From assembly GCA_026004395.1 (NCBI GenBank), contig BPJB01000001.1, positions 161,370 through 225,369 of the forward strand: DNA of 64,000 bases, read 5' to 3'. Below the pieces are notes generated by a model. The model was given only the letters and a program-made list of their open reading frames with translations, made no database searches and was not told the origin of the DNA. The position numbers and the translations under genes were made by a program. Every line of letters begins with the position of its first letter. Position 1 is the stretch's first letter. The stretch is from Patescibacteria group bacterium. Its GTDB lineage: Bacteria > Patescibacteriota > Microgenomatia > Levybacterales > UBA12049. Below, one piece after another: positions 19,350-29,809 of the stretch.

Positions 19350-20817
19350 CTTGAATTACAATCTTTTCTCTATAATTATATAAAGAAAAAGGTAGAGGCT
19401 GTATTCCTGGAAATATTGCAACATATTTAGGTTTGGCTTTTAGAAAAGCTTGTTCTGTTTCTGCAAGCGTTTGCATATTGGTCAGCATATGATATGCAAC
19501 TGTAAATCTCCCTACAGGAAGTTTATTAGATAGCACATATATTTGAGCATTATTTCCCCAGAGGAAGATGGTATCGCTATTTCTGGTATGTCGTTGTAAG
19601 TACAATGCAATTTCTGCATCACGTGGCGCTCTACGATCAAAAAAAGATTGATAATCAGATACTGATTTCTTACCTATTAAAAAAGATATAAAATTGGGGT
19701 AGTAGAGTATCGTTTTAACGATACTCCAATGATTGAAGGATTGGCTCAAAATAACAATTAAAATAATAAATATTAAGGCAAGATATTTTTTGTATTTTGT
19801 ATGGATACTTAAAAGAAGTCCTGGGATAAGAGAGAGACTTGGCAATATGACAAGAAGATAGTGTGTATAAGGTCTTTGAGAGAAAAAACTATTAAAAAGT
19901 GAAAAAACAATCCAAAGAGCTATGAAAAGAGCAGAATAGGGTATCTTTTTTCTGAATAAAATGATTCCCCAAATAAATCCTATAAGAAGAGTAAATTTTA
20001 GTATAAGAAGTCCCTGAGGAATAATAAAGAGATTCTTATATCCCACATATCCTACATTGCTTAAGAATATGGCATGCAGATATGTATAGAGTGCTTTGTG
20101 TTTCAGAAAATAAAAAATCGTGATGCAAAAGGGAACAAGAAATCCAATCAATAATAGAGCAAAAACTTTCCCATATTCCAATAAATATTTTTTAAATGCG
20201 TTAATATTTAGTGTTGTCGGAAGACAAGCTATAAAAAGGAAAAGAAAAAAAGAAGCAAAATCAAAAACGGCTACTGTTTTATAAAGAAAAGACACTCCAA
20301 GCAATAATCCGGCAATAAAAATCCATTTTGCAGATTGTTTTAAATGAGAGTCATTTAAAAATTGTTGAACAATGATCAATCCTGAAGCAATGGTAGGTAA
20401 GAGCATAAAATTTTCAGCATTGGCTATATTACCTTCAATAATCGGCAGTCCAAAAAAAAGAGCAAAAATTAAAGTACTTATCAAAGACGATTTTTTATTT
20501 TGAAAGAGGTGGAGTGAGAGATGGTAAAAAAATAGAAGCGTTAGAATTCCAACAATAGCAGATGTGAATCTTACCCAGAACTGATCTGCTCCCAATAGAG
20601 AATATGTAATATAAAGAAGCGGAGGTTTATTATCCCATATTTGTGTGTAGAGTATTCTTCCTTGATTGAGAGCAGATCCGATCACTTCATATATACCTTC
20701 ATCTCCGTACCAGTAGGGTTCAAAAAATGAGGGAAAACGAAGAGTAAAAAATAAAACACCAATAAGAGATATCGTCCATAATTCCCGGTTTTTTTTTAGA
20801 TCTACTTTATTTTTCAT
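19321..20817 (-). CDS. GT-C fold (ArnT/PMT-like, GT39-like) membrane glycosyltransferase
   Basis: DEGIY, WDNKPPL, many TM helices, HY motif. Confidence 0.82.
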   Translation of the reverse strand: MKNKVDLKKNRELWTISLIGVLFFTLRFPSFFEPYWYGDEGIYEVIGSALNQGRILYTQIWDNKPPLLYITYSLLGADQFWVRFTSAIVGILTLLFFYHLSLHLFQNKKSSLISTLIFALFFGLPIIEGNIANAENFMLLPTIASGLIIVQQFLNDSHLKQSAKWIFIAGLLLGVSFLYKTVAVFDFASFFLFLFIACLPTTLNINAFKKYLLEYGKVFALLLIGFLVPFCITIFYFLKHKALYTYLHAIFLSNVGYVGYKNLFIIPQGLLILKFTLLIGFIWGIILFRKKIPYSALFIALWIVFSLFNSFFSQRPYTHYLLVILPSLSLIPGLLLSIHTKYKKYLALIFIILIVILSQSFNHWSIVKTILYYPNFISFLIGKKSVSDYQSFFDRRAPRDAEIALYLQRHTRNSDTIFLWGNNAQIYVLSNKLPVGRFTVAYHMLTNMQTLAETEQAFLKAKPKYVAIFPGIQPLPFSLYNYREKIVIQDVHLYERIN

Positions 20818-22307
20818 GCTTTTTCTGTTACTTTATACTCCATTCGTTTTCCCAGCATAAGCTGTGTATGGGAAATGAGAGCAGGAAGTGCTGATAGGAA
20901 AAATCCAACAATTGGAAGCAGAATAAACTCGAAAGGGAAAAAGATTTTACGGCGTAGAGGAAGATTTACATTCTCTGGTCTATTTTTATAATCAATAAAC
21001 AGCATAATCAGCAGTGCTACAACACAGGACGTTAAGATAATTCCTGCCAAGTGAGGAAGACTATAACCCAGAGAGCTTCTGGAGAAAGCAGGGTTAACAA
21101 ACGGCATAATATTTGCCGCAATAGTGATGATAAACCAGTTTACTGGCCAAAGGAAATGATCCAGAAGCACATGATATAACATTACTGTCTTTCTTACAAA
21201 AGGTACATTGGGGACAGTCAGCCACCATTTTACAAAGAGTGGATCATCCGATACTCCCCATGACCAGCGCCTTTCTTGATTATATTTATTTTTTAAGCTT
21301 TTCCAATATCCTCCTGCATATGCAGCATCCATTGATGTTTTTAAGAAAATAGGTTCAACCCATACTTGTCCTTTAAGTTTGAAAAAGGCTTTGAAAAATA
21401 TTCTATAATCCTCAGGAATGACATCAGTGTCCCAAAATCCAATATCGCGAAGCATCTTGAAAGACAAAGAATATGTAGATTGTGTGATCAGTCTATCTCC
21501 TTGGACAAGAAGAGAAATTCTCCAAAGACTGCCAAAGAAGGAAAGAATTCTTATAGGAGCTGGTACTTTCCAGATATTATTGTAAAATACCGTAGCTGAT
21601 TGCCAGAATTTATAATAACGATTGGGATCAGAAAGGAATTTATAACTAAGATACGCGAAGAATTGTTTATCAAACATCGAATCTACATCAACTGATGAAA
21701 CAGTTGCATAATCTATGTCGAGATTGCCCTTTACAAATAATCTCTCGTATGCAATTTTCCCTCCATATGCTTGATTGGAGGATTTTCCTTTGATTTCACC
21801 TTCTTGATCAGGATGATAGGTCGCAAAAATACTGCCAAATTTACCTTTAAATTCTTTGATAAGCGTATTTGCTTTCTGTTTGGCATCTTTTTCTCTTTGT
21901 TCCATTGCTAGAACAATATGAATTTTTTTCAGAGGGAGCGTTTGTCGGGTTAGATTTTCAAGTGTCATGCGCATCTTTTCAATGTTCTCCCGATAATTAG
22001 GAATGACAAGAACGTGATTGATCTTATCGAAATGCTCTAATTTTTTAGCTTTTTCTAGCCAGTTTTCTTTTTCTGCTTTTTTAATTCTTTTTTGAGCTCG
22101 ATAGGCATTGATAACAAGAGAATAGGATTTGTAAAACCAGTAAATATCAAAAAAAAGAATAAAATAGGCAAGAAGCGTAGGTGCAAGAAGTGATCCCCAG
22201 ATGGGAGAGAGAATGGCAGTCCATGAAGCAAGACCTGGAAGAAGTTCAAGAAATCGTCTTGTTTTTATTGGATAACGATAAAAAAGTTTATTGAAAAAAC
22301 TTGTCAT
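20814..22307 (-). CDS. Membrane glycosyltransferase family 2
   Basis: IPNYRE, KGKSSN, DVD, IPED, QERRWSWG (D,D,D,QxxRW pattern). Confidence 0.85.
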   Translation of the reverse strand: MTSFFNKLFYRYPIKTRRFLELLPGLASWTAILSPIWGSLLAPTLLAYFILFFDIYWFYKSYSLVINAYRAQKRIKKAEKENWLEKAKKLEHFDKINHVLVIPNYRENIEKMRMTLENLTRQTLPLKKIHIVLAMEQREKDAKQKANTLIKEFKGKFGSIFATYHPDQEGEIKGKSSNQAYGGKIAYERLFVKGNLDIDYATVSSVDVDSMFDKQFFAYLSYKFLSDPNRYYKFWQSATVFYNNIWKVPAPIRILSFFGSLWRISLLVQGDRLITQSTYSLSFKMLRDIGFWDTDVIPEDYRIFFKAFFKLKGQVWVEPIFLKTSMDAAYAGGYWKSLKNKYNQERRWSWGVSDDPLFVKWWLTVPNVPFVRKTVMLYHVLLDHFLWPVNWFIITIAANIMPFVNPAFSRSSLGYSLPHLAGIILTSCVVALLIMLFIDYKNRPENVNLPLRRKIFFPFEFILLPIVGFFLSALPALISHTQLMLGKRMEYKVTEKA

Positions 22308-22316
22308 ATTCTAGGA

Positions 22317-23150
22317 TCAACGTAGCTTTTTAAAAATAGTATAAACATTTTGAGTCGTCTGTTCTACAAGTATTTCAAGGTCGATATTCTTAAGACGCGC
22401 AATATATTCACCAACAATTAAAACATACTCTGGGAGATTTCGAGTTCCACGATAAGGATGTGGTGTAAGAAAAGGGCTATCTGTTTCCGTCACAATACGA
22501 TCAATAGGTGTAAGCTTTACTAATTCTTTTAACTCAACTGTTTCTCCTGGTGCAAGACCTTTATAAGTTATATTGCCGTCAAATCCTATAAAAAATCCTA
22601 GATCTAGTGCGTCTTTCAATACTTCTTCTGTTGCGGCAAAACAATGGAACATGCCGGGAACATCCATAAGTAAATGTCTTCTCTCTTTTAGCATTGTGAT
22701 AACATCTTTACCAGCAAGTCGGTTGTGGATCTGAAGTGGTAGTTTGTGCTTGTGAGCTAGATTGATTTGTAGATCGAAAATTTCTTTTTGGATATTGGGA
22801 TCAACAATTCCATTTGACTTGTATTGAAAATAGTCAAGACCAATCTCTCCTATTCCAATCACCTTGGGATGGTTTGCCATATCCTCTAAAGCCTTAATCC
22901 AGTCATCGGTTTGAGATACATACTGAGCTTCTCTTTTAAGTTCTACCTTGTCTGCATGATGGGGATGGATACCTACAATAGCAAACAGCTGATTATATTT
23001 TTCTGCAAGCTCTAGCGCACGTTTACTTGAGTCTATCTTCGTTCCCACATTGATAATACGCGTCACTCCTTTAGATAGAGCGCTTTTGATAACAGCATCA
23101 TAATCTTTCTCAAATGAATGAAAATTTAGGTGACAATGAACATCAATCAT
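22317..23150 (-). CDS. tatD: TatD family hydrolase
   Basis: IDVHCHL, GIHPH, IGEIGLDY, HCF, ETDSPFL. Confidence 0.93.
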   Translation of the reverse strand: MIDVHCHLNFHSFEKDYDAVIKSALSKGVTRIINVGTKIDSSKRALELAEKYNQLFAIVGIHPHHADKVELKREAQYVSQTDDWIKALEDMANHPKVIGIGEIGLDYFQYKSNGIVDPNIQKEIFDLQINLAHKHKLPLQIHNRLAGKDVITMLKERRHLLMDVPGMFHCFAATEEVLKDALDLGFFIGFDGNITYKGLAPGETVELKELVKLTPIDRIVTETDSPFLTPHPYRGTRNLPEYVLIVGEYIARLKNIDLEILVEQTTQNVYTIFKKLR

Positions 23151-23185
23151 ATTTGATAAAAATTTCTCACTAGATATGTACTTAC

Positions 23186-24604
23186 TTATATTCTTGGAAA
23201 AAGCGGTGTAGCACTTTTTATCTCACCCCAAAATTGAGAGAGAATTTTTTCAGAAGTTTCAGGGAGGAATGGTTGCAGGTTAAAAGCAATGTTGCGAATT
23301 TGTTGAATAATATCACTAAGAATTTCTCTTGCTTCGTTTTGCTTAAGAGTCCAAGGTTGAGTATAGTTTAGCTGCTTGTCAATTTTGGCAATTTTTTGCC
23401 AAATTAATTCTAAGGCGGTATTGAATTTAAACTCATTAATAAGATCTTTTATTCTCTTATCGAGGTTTTCCTGTTTATCTTCCCAAATAAGATTATTGTT
23501 TTCTGCAAGTTTAGCAATTCTGGCTACTAAATTACCAAGTCCGTTAGCAAGATCTGCATTGTATGCCTCTTTCAGCTTTTCCTCTGAGAAATCGCCGTCT
23601 TGAAAAGGTGATATTTTTGCTAAGCAATAATAACGCAGAGCGTCGGTTCCGTATTTTTCTACAATATCAACAGGATTGATAACATTCCCTAATGTTTTTG
23701 ACATTTTTTGTCCTTTTACAGTGAAATACTCGTGCACAAAGAGTTTTTTAGGAAGTTTTAGTCCTGCAGAGAGGAGAATAGCCGGCCAATATACGGCATG
23801 GAATCTAATAATTCCTTTACCTATGACGTGGAGGTCTGCTGGCCACCATTTATTATACATTTCTTCATCCCATCCGAATCCGATACCGCTTTGATAGATA
23901 TTCAGTGCATCAAACCAAACATATATTCGCTGTGATGGATCATTTGGTACAGGCACTCCCCAGTTTTTAGCGCGTTGATTACTGCGAGAAATACTAAAAT
24001 CCTGTAATCCTCCTTTTATAAATGAAATTATTTCATTTTTTCTGAATTCAGGGACAATTTCATATTCATTCGCTGTAATAATTTTTAAGAGCTGATCTTG
24101 ATAGCGTGTAAGGCGAAAAAAATAATTTTCCTCTTCTACTTCCTCTAAGGGATTGCCTGGATGTTCTGGACATTCGTTTTTCTCATTTAACTCATCTGCG
24201 GTTTTAAATTCTTCGCATCCGATACAATATAATCCTTTGTAAGATTTTTTATAAATATCTCCATTTTTATTGCAAAGTTCCCATAGTTTTTGACTTGCGA
24301 CGAAATGTCTCTTTTTATCACTTCCTTTTTGAAAGACATCGAAATGAACATTCAGTTTTTTAGCTGTTTCCTCAAAAAGACGCGCATTCTCATCCACGAA
24401 TTCCTGTATGGATTTTCCTGCTTTTTCTGCAGCTTGAACATTTTTTATGGCGTTTTCGTCAGATCCGCAAAGATAGAGGACATCATCTCCAATTATCCTA
24501 TGAAATCGAGCAATAGTATCAGCTTGGATAAACTCGAGAGCATGCCCAATATGAGGGGTTGCATTTACGTAGGGAATGGCACTAGTAATATAAAATTTAG
24601 ACAT
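23186..24604 (-). CDS. metG: Methionine--tRNA ligase (short form)
   Basis: PYVN..PHIGH, YVWFDAL, KMSKTLGN. Confidence 0.96.
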   Translation of the reverse strand: MSKFYITSAIPYVNATPHIGHALEFIQADTIARFHRIIGDDVLYLCGSDENAIKNVQAAEKAGKSIQEFVDENARLFEETAKKLNVHFDVFQKGSDKKRHFVASQKLWELCNKNGDIYKKSYKGLYCIGCEEFKTADELNEKNECPEHPGNPLEEVEEENYFFRLTRYQDQLLKIITANEYEIVPEFRKNEIISFIKGGLQDFSISRSNQRAKNWGVPVPNDPSQRIYVWFDALNIYQSGIGFGWDEEMYNKWWPADLHVIGKGIIRFHAVYWPAILLSAGLKLPKKLFVHEYFTVKGQKMSKTLGNVINPVDIVEKYGTDALRYYCLAKISPFQDGDFSEEKLKEAYNADLANGLGNLVARIAKLAENNNLIWEDKQENLDKRIKDLINEFKFNTALELIWQKIAKIDKQLNYTQPWTLKQNEAREILSDIIQQIRNIAFNLQPFLPETSEKILSQFWGEIKSATPLFPRI

Positions 24605-24650
24605 AGCAATGTGGATTGTAGCAGTGTATTAGCTTTAGAGCAAGGGAAGA

Positions 24651-24992
24651 TTATTGTTCCCTCTTGCTTGTAAATAATAACTCAAGTGTTAAAAAAAGTG
24701 CCAGTAGTAACAAAAAGAAAAAGGGGTGGGTCAGATTATTAGCGCGAAAAACAAAATATATCACAGTAAATATACTGAGCAATATTCCATGTTTTCTGCT
24801 CTTTAATAAAAATGCAAAAAAAGAAAAAATAAAAAGCGCCAGTAACATATAAAAGATAATCACCACAGGAATAGATGCGAATTTAATCGAAAAATTCTGA
24901 TAAGGAGAAAGAGTTGTAATTATAATAAGAAGAGCAATAAAAGAAAGTATACTTAATATTAAGAATTTCCATGTGCGCCTCTTTCTTCGCAT
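24651..24992 (-). CDS. Small 4-TM membrane protein
   Basis: Basic N-terminus MRRKRR followed by hydrophobic helices. Confidence 0.6.
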   Translation of the reverse strand: MRRKRRTWKFLILSILSFIALLIIITTLSPYQNFSIKFASIPVVIIFYMLLALFIFSFFAFLLKSRKHGILLSIFTVIYFVFRANNLTHPFFFLLLLALFLTLELLFTSKREQ

Positions 24993-25053
24993 AGAATAAG
25001 TGTAGCAAATTTTTTTTATTTTAATTAAAAGGTTAATTTTCTTTTTTAAAATA

Positions 25054-25090
25054 TTGACAAAAAATAGCACTCCTGTTATTATAGTGCTAA
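25054..25090 (+). promoter_or_regulatory. sigma70 promoter overlapped by a CIRCE (HrcA operator)
   Basis: TTGACA-17-TATTAT; ATAGCACTC-N9-TAGTGCTAA at 25064-25090 vs consensus TTAGCACTC-N9-GAGTGCTAA. Confidence 0.9.
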
Positions 25091-25099
25091 TTTACAACT

Positions 25100-25840
25100 A
25101 TGCATAACCTTACTCAACGCCAAATAGAGATTCTGAAGGCTGTTATTGAAGAATACATAAAAACCGCTGATCCAGTCGGATCAGAAACAATAGAGAAAAA
25201 ATACAATCTTAGTGCATCTCCGGCTACAATCAGAAATGAAATGGTCAAATTATCAGAATTTGGTTATCTGGAAAAACCCCATTCTTCCTCAGGCCGTGTT
25301 CCTACAGCATCAGGAATGAGATTTTATGTTCGTCATCTCATGCGGCCAAAAGAGTTGACAACAGCTGAGGAAGTTACACTTCAGGAGAGAGTGTGGGATT
25401 ATAGAGAGAAAATGCAAAAGTTTTTAAAAGAAGTAACCCGATCTTTAGCCGATAAAACAGGTGCTTTAGCAATTGCGGCAACAAATGAGGGAGATATATA
25501 TGTCTCAGGATATGCAAATATTTTGGAAATGCCTGAGTTTTTTGATATAGATATCACCAAAACATTGCTTTCCGCTCTTGATGAATATGAATATCTTCAT
25601 CAATTATGTCACCGGATGGCTCAATCTGAAGTAGGAGAGGAAATTTATATTCTTATGGGTGATGAATTAGGACAGAGACTGCAAGGACCATACAGTCTAG
25701 TATATACGACATATGAGACAACAATGCATGGATCAGGCGAGATCGGCGTTTTAGGACCTTTACGACTTAATTATACTCTGGTTGTGCCTACCGTGAAATA
25801 CTTTGGTAATCTTATTGAACAAGTAGCAAAAGGATGGTAA
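25100..25840 (+). CDS. hrcA: Heat-inducible repressor HrcA (short form)
   Basis: PVGS, SPATIRNEM, PHSSSGRVPT, GVLGPLR. Confidence 0.95.
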   Translation: MHNLTQRQIEILKAVIEEYIKTADPVGSETIEKKYNLSASPATIRNEMVKLSEFGYLEKPHSSSGRVPTASGMRFYVRHLMRPKELTTAEEVTLQERVWDYREKMQKFLKEVTRSLADKTGALAIAATNEGDIYVSGYANILEMPEFFDIDITKTLLSALDEYEYLHQLCHRMAQSEVGEEIYILMGDELGQRLQGPYSLVYTTYETTMHGSGEIGVLGPLRLNYTLVVPTVKYFGNLIEQVAKGW

Positions 25841-25842
25841 TT

Positions 25843-26352
25843 ATGAGTGATATAAAAAATAAACAAGATGAATCACAGCAACAAACATCTAATAATCAGC
25901 AACTTGCATCTTTTGATGAACTAAAAAAACAGATTGAGGAAATCGAAGGCAAGTATAAAAGGGCGTTGGCTGATTATCAAAATCTTGAAAAAAGGGTTAA
26001 AGAGGAACGTGGTGATCTCATCAAAGCAGCCAATCGAGATCTACTCTTGCGTTTTCTGCCAGTTTTAGATACATTACTTATGGCTCAGAAGCATGCAAGT
26101 AGTGAGACGATAGATGTTTGTACACGTCTTTTTCTTGATATTCTAAAACAAGAAGGCGTAACACAAATTAAGACAGTAGGTGAGAAATTTGATCCACATT
26201 TAATGGAAGTTGTAACAACTACTGATGGAAAGGAAGGAATTGTTGTCGAGGAAGCACGCGCAGGTTTTTTATTACATGATAAACTGCTACGTCCTGCGCA
26301 GGTTGTAGTAGGAAGTGGCGATAAAACTCAAAAGAAAGGAGAAGAAAAATAA
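25843..26352 (+). CDS. grpE: Nucleotide exchange factor GrpE
   Basis: RALADYQN, FDPHLME, LLRPAQVVV. Confidence 0.95.
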   Translation: MSDIKNKQDESQQQTSNNQQLASFDELKKQIEEIEGKYKRALADYQNLEKRVKEERGDLIKAANRDLLLRFLPVLDTLLMAQKHASSETIDVCTRLFLDILKQEGVTQIKTVGEKFDPHLMEVVTTTDGKEGIVVEEARAGFLLHDKLLRPAQVVVGSGDKTQKKGEEK

Positions 26353-26355
26353 AAA

Positions 26356-28239
26356 ATGGGAAAGATTATCGGTATTGATTTAGGAACAACCAATTCTTGT
26401 GTTGCAGTAATGGAAGGTGGACAACCTAAGGTAATTCACTCTGCTGAAGGACGCAATGTCATTCCTTCAGTGGTTGATCCCATCGCTCGTATTGTTGGAG
26501 ATGTCGCGAAACGACAAATGGTTCTTAAGCCAAAGAGAACGATTTTCTCCGTTAAGCGATTGATGGGACGAAAGTTTGATGATCCATCAGTCCAGGAAGA
26601 CATTAAATGGCTGCCCTATACAGTAAAAGCAGGACGTGATGGAATGGCAGTTGTTGAAGTTGAGGGTAAAACATTTACTCCACAGGAAATTTCAGCCATG
26701 ATTTTGCAAAAAATTAAAGCAGATGCAGAAGCTTATCTAGGTGAAAAAGTAACGGAAGCTGTTATTACTGTACCTGCATATTTTGACGACAGTCAACGAC
26801 AAGCAACTAAACAAGCTGGTGAGATTGCTGGTCTAACTGTAAAACGCATCATTAATGAGCCTACTGCAGCAGCTTTGGCATATGGTTTAGACAAGAAAAA
26901 TGCTCATACAATTGCAGTTTATGATTTGGGAGGAGGTACCTTTGATATCTCAATCCTTGAGCTTGGAGATGGGGTTTATGAAGTAAAATCTACCAATGGT
27001 GACACTCATTTAGGTGGAGATAATTTCGATCAGGTCATTATTGACTATATTGCTGATGAATTTAAGAAAGAACATAACATTGATCTTCGAAAAGACCCTC
27101 AGGCATTGCAACGTTTGAAAGAAGCTGCTGAGAAAGCGAAGATTGAACTCTCCAGCACACAAGAGGCACAGATTAATTTGCCTTTTATTACTCAAGGGCC
27201 AGAGGGACCTCTCCATCTTGTTATGTCTTTGAGTAGAGCCAAACTTGAGCAGCTTGTGGATCATCTTATCCAAAAAACCTTAAAACCAGTAGAGCTTGCT
27301 CTTAAAGATGCAGGAATAACAGCCAAAAATATAGATGAGGTTGTGTTAGTCGGCGGTATGACACGTATGCCCAAGATAGTTGAAACTGTGACGAAATTTT
27401 TTGGAAAAGAACCTAACAAATCCGTTAATCCTGATGAAGTTGTTGCAGTCGGTGCGGCAATTCAAGGTGGTGTCCTTGCAGGAGAGGTAAAAGATGTACT
27501 GCTTCTGGATGTGACACCTCTGACTTTAGGAATAGAGACTTTGGGTGGTGTGTCAACACCTCTTATTCCACGCAATACAACTATTCCTACATCCAAATCA
27601 CAGATATTTTCAACAGCTGCTGACAATCAGACACAAGTTGAGATAAATGTTCTGCAAGGAGAGCGCCCAATGGCAGCTGATAATAAATCTTTAGGCAGAT
27701 TTATTCTAGATGGTATTCCTCCTGCTCCTCGTGGAGTGCCGCAGATTGAGGTAACATTTGACATTGATGCCAATGGTATCTTACACGTAACAGCCAAGGA
27801 TAAAGCAACCGGAAAAGAGCAAAGTATCAAAATTACAGGATCAACTGGTCTTTCCAAAGAAGAAGTTGAGCGAATGACGAAAGAAGCAGAGCTTCATGCT
27901 AAAGAAGATGAAGAAAAGAGAGCAAGGATTGAGGCTCGAAATCAAGCTGACTCTCTAATCTTCACCGCAGAAAAATCGTTGAAAGATGCAGGTGATAAAG
28001 TAAGTGAGAGTCTTAGGAAAGAGGTTGAGGAGAAGATAACATCACTTCGCAATATTCTCGATACTGGATCGAAAGAAGAATTAGAGGCAAAGACCAAAGA
28101 ACTCTCAGAGAGCCTGCAGCAGCTAGGTCAGCAGATGTATGCTCAATCTGGATCAGCAAATGGTGAGCAGAAAGCAGAAGAAAATGAGCAGAAAAAAGAA
28201 GATAAAGACGAACCAGTAGAAGGGGAAGTCGTCAATTAA
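26356..28239 (+). CDS. dnaK: Chaperone DnaK
   Basis: [30 protein letters not shown]. Confidence 0.99.
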   Translation: MGKIIGIDLGTTNSCVAVMEGGQPKVIHSAEGRNVIPSVVDPIARIVGDVAKRQMVLKPKRTIFSVKRLMGRKFDDPSVQEDIKWLPYTVKAGRDGMAVVEVEGKTFTPQEISAMILQKIKADAEAYLGEKVTEAVITVPAYFDDSQRQATKQAGEIAGLTVKRIINEPTAAALAYGLDKKNAHTIAVYDLGGGTFDISILELGDGVYEVKSTNGDTHLGGDNFDQVIIDYIADEFKKEHNIDLRKDPQALQRLKEAAEKAKIELSSTQEAQINLPFITQGPEGPLHLVMSLSRAKLEQLVDHLIQKTLKPVELALKDAGITAKNIDEVVLVGGMTRMPKIVETVTKFFGKEPNKSVNPDEVVAVGAAIQGGVLAGEVKDVLLLDVTPLTLGIETLGGVSTPLIPRNTTIPTSKSQIFSTAADNQTQVEINVLQGERPMAADNKSLGRFILDGIPPAPRGVPQIEVTFDIDANGILHVTAKDKATGKEQSIKITGSTGLSKEEVERMTKEAELHAKEDEEKRARIEARNQADSLIFTAEKSLKDAGDKVSESLRKEVEEKITSLRNILDTGSKEELEAKTKELSESLQQLGQQMYAQSGSANGEQKAEENEQKKEDKDEPVEGEVVN

Positions 28240-28494
28240 ATCTCGTATTTAATAGATCAGAAAATTCTTCCCTTTTATTTCTGAAGTAACTGCTAAAAAA
28301 AATAGAAGAGATAATTTTTAGACTCATTAGTTCATCTAAACCTAAAATATAAAAACCTCATGATCTATTTAAATTTTATTCCACTAAATTAATCTCTAAA
28401 TGATGTTTGAAGCTTCTTCGTTACAACGATAGACGTAATTTTCAAATTAAGTTGTGCTCCTAAAAAGTGTAGAATGTATTTAAAGTGTTCGCTA

Positions 28495-28524
28495 CTAGCA
28501 GACTAACTTTTTAATTGCTATAAT
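28495..28524 (+). promoter_or_regulatory. Degenerate CIRCE overlapping an extended -10 (TGnTATAAT) upstream of dnaJ
   Basis: CTAGCAGAC-N9-AATTGCTAT; TAGCA/TGCTA arms at CIRCE spacing. Confidence 0.55.
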
Positions 28525-28534
28525 TACTTTACCT

Positions 28535-29422
28535 ATGGCTAATTTAGATTATTATCAAATTTTAGGTGTTCCAAAAACAGCAACGCAGGATGAAATAAAA
28601 AAGGCTTATAGAAAATTAGCTTTGGAGTATCATCCTGATCGTAACAAAAGTAAAGAAGCAGAAGAAAAATTTAAAGAGATCAACAAAGCATATGAAGTGT
28701 TGTCTGATCCTCAGAAAAGACAAATGTACGATCAATACGGATCAGCTGCCTTTGAGCAGGGTGCAGCAGGTGGACCATTTGGAGGTTTTGGAGGATTTAG
28801 ACAACACACAGGTCGTTACGGACCTTTTACCTATACATACTCAACTAATGGTGCAGATTTTGATTTTGGTGGTTTCTCAGATCCTTTTGAGATTTTTGAA
28901 CAGTTTTTTGGAGGAGCATCGCCATTTGGCAGACGCGAGAGAAGACCAGTCTATTCCTTGACTCTTTCTTTCATGGAGGCTGTGAAAGGAGCTCAAAAGG
29001 AAGTAACTATAAACGGAAAGAGGCAAAAGATTAAGATTCCCCCTGGTGTTGATGATGGTACAAGAATTCGTTTTGGAGATTTTGATATTGTCTTTGATGT
29101 TGTTCCCGATCCTCGATTTGAAAGACAGGGCTCTGATGTGATTTCGGAAAAAGAAATCACGTTTCCTCAAGCAGTTCTTGGAGATCAGGTAGATGTTGAG
29201 ACAGTGGATGGAGTAGTAAAAATTCGTATTCCTCCAGGAACACAACCTAATACTTTGATAAGACTCAGAGGAAAAGGAATACCGCACTTAAGAGGTACGG
29301 GAAAAGGCGATCATTATGTTAGAATCAAAGTGGCTATTCCCAGAACAATAACAAGAAGACAAAAAGAACTTCTAGAAGAATTTCAGAAAGAAAGTTCGGG
29401 TAAAAATACTTCTTGGTTCTAA
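28535..29422 (+). CDS. dnaJ: DnaJ-family co-chaperone lacking the zinc-finger region
   Basis: J domain with HPD, G/F-rich region, C-terminal domain; no CxxCxGxG repeats. Confidence 0.88.
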   Translation: MANLDYYQILGVPKTATQDEIKKAYRKLALEYHPDRNKSKEAEEKFKEINKAYEVLSDPQKRQMYDQYGSAAFEQGAAGGPFGGFGGFRQHTGRYGPFTYTYSTNGADFDFGGFSDPFEIFEQFFGGASPFGRRERRPVYSLTLSFMEAVKGAQKEVTINGKRQKIKIPPGVDDGTRIRFGDFDIVFDVVPDPRFERQGSDVISEKEITFPQAVLGDQVDVETVDGVVKIRIPPGTQPNTLIRLRGKGIPHLRGTGKGDHYVRIKVAIPRTITRRQKELLEEFQKESSGKNTSWF

Positions 29423-29508
29423 ACTCCTAATTTGTTGTTTTTTATTTTTTTTCCTTTTATACTTAAATTAATAAATGTACTAAATACAGAATTTTTCTAT
29501 GGAATGAT

Positions 29509-29802
29509 ATGTGTCCTCCAAATGAAACACTGACTGAGATTGGGTGCTTGCCAACCGATCCTATCCAATTTATAGGAAGATTTTATGGTATTGGTTTAAG
29601 TCTTATTGGAGGAGTATCTCTCATTTTTATAATCATCGGAGGTTATATTATCCTTACATCGCAAGGTAATCCAGACCAAATTAATGTAGGTAAAAGTTAT
29701 ATATTTTATGCTATCCTAGGGCTACTTCTTGCTATTTTTGGTTTTGTCTTTATTGAGGTGGTTATGGTTGATATTTTACAAATTCCAGGATTTAGTACTT
29801 AG
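29509..29802 (+). CDS. VirB2/TrbC-like (T4SS-type) pilin
   Basis: Two hydrophobic helices flanking GGY..LTSQGNP...K...YAILGL, typical of CPR pilin-like proteins. Confidence 0.72.
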   Translation: MCPPNETLTEIGCLPTDPIQFIGRFYGIGLSLIGGVSLIFIIIGGYIILTSQGNPDQINVGKSYIFYAILGLLLAIFGFVFIEVVMVDILQIPGFST

Positions 29803-29809
29803 ATAAAAT

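Noticed and set aside
28240-28494. Long dnaK-dnaJ spacer as an ncRNA or gene remnant
   Set aside because: AT-rich, with no convincing ORF or structure seen
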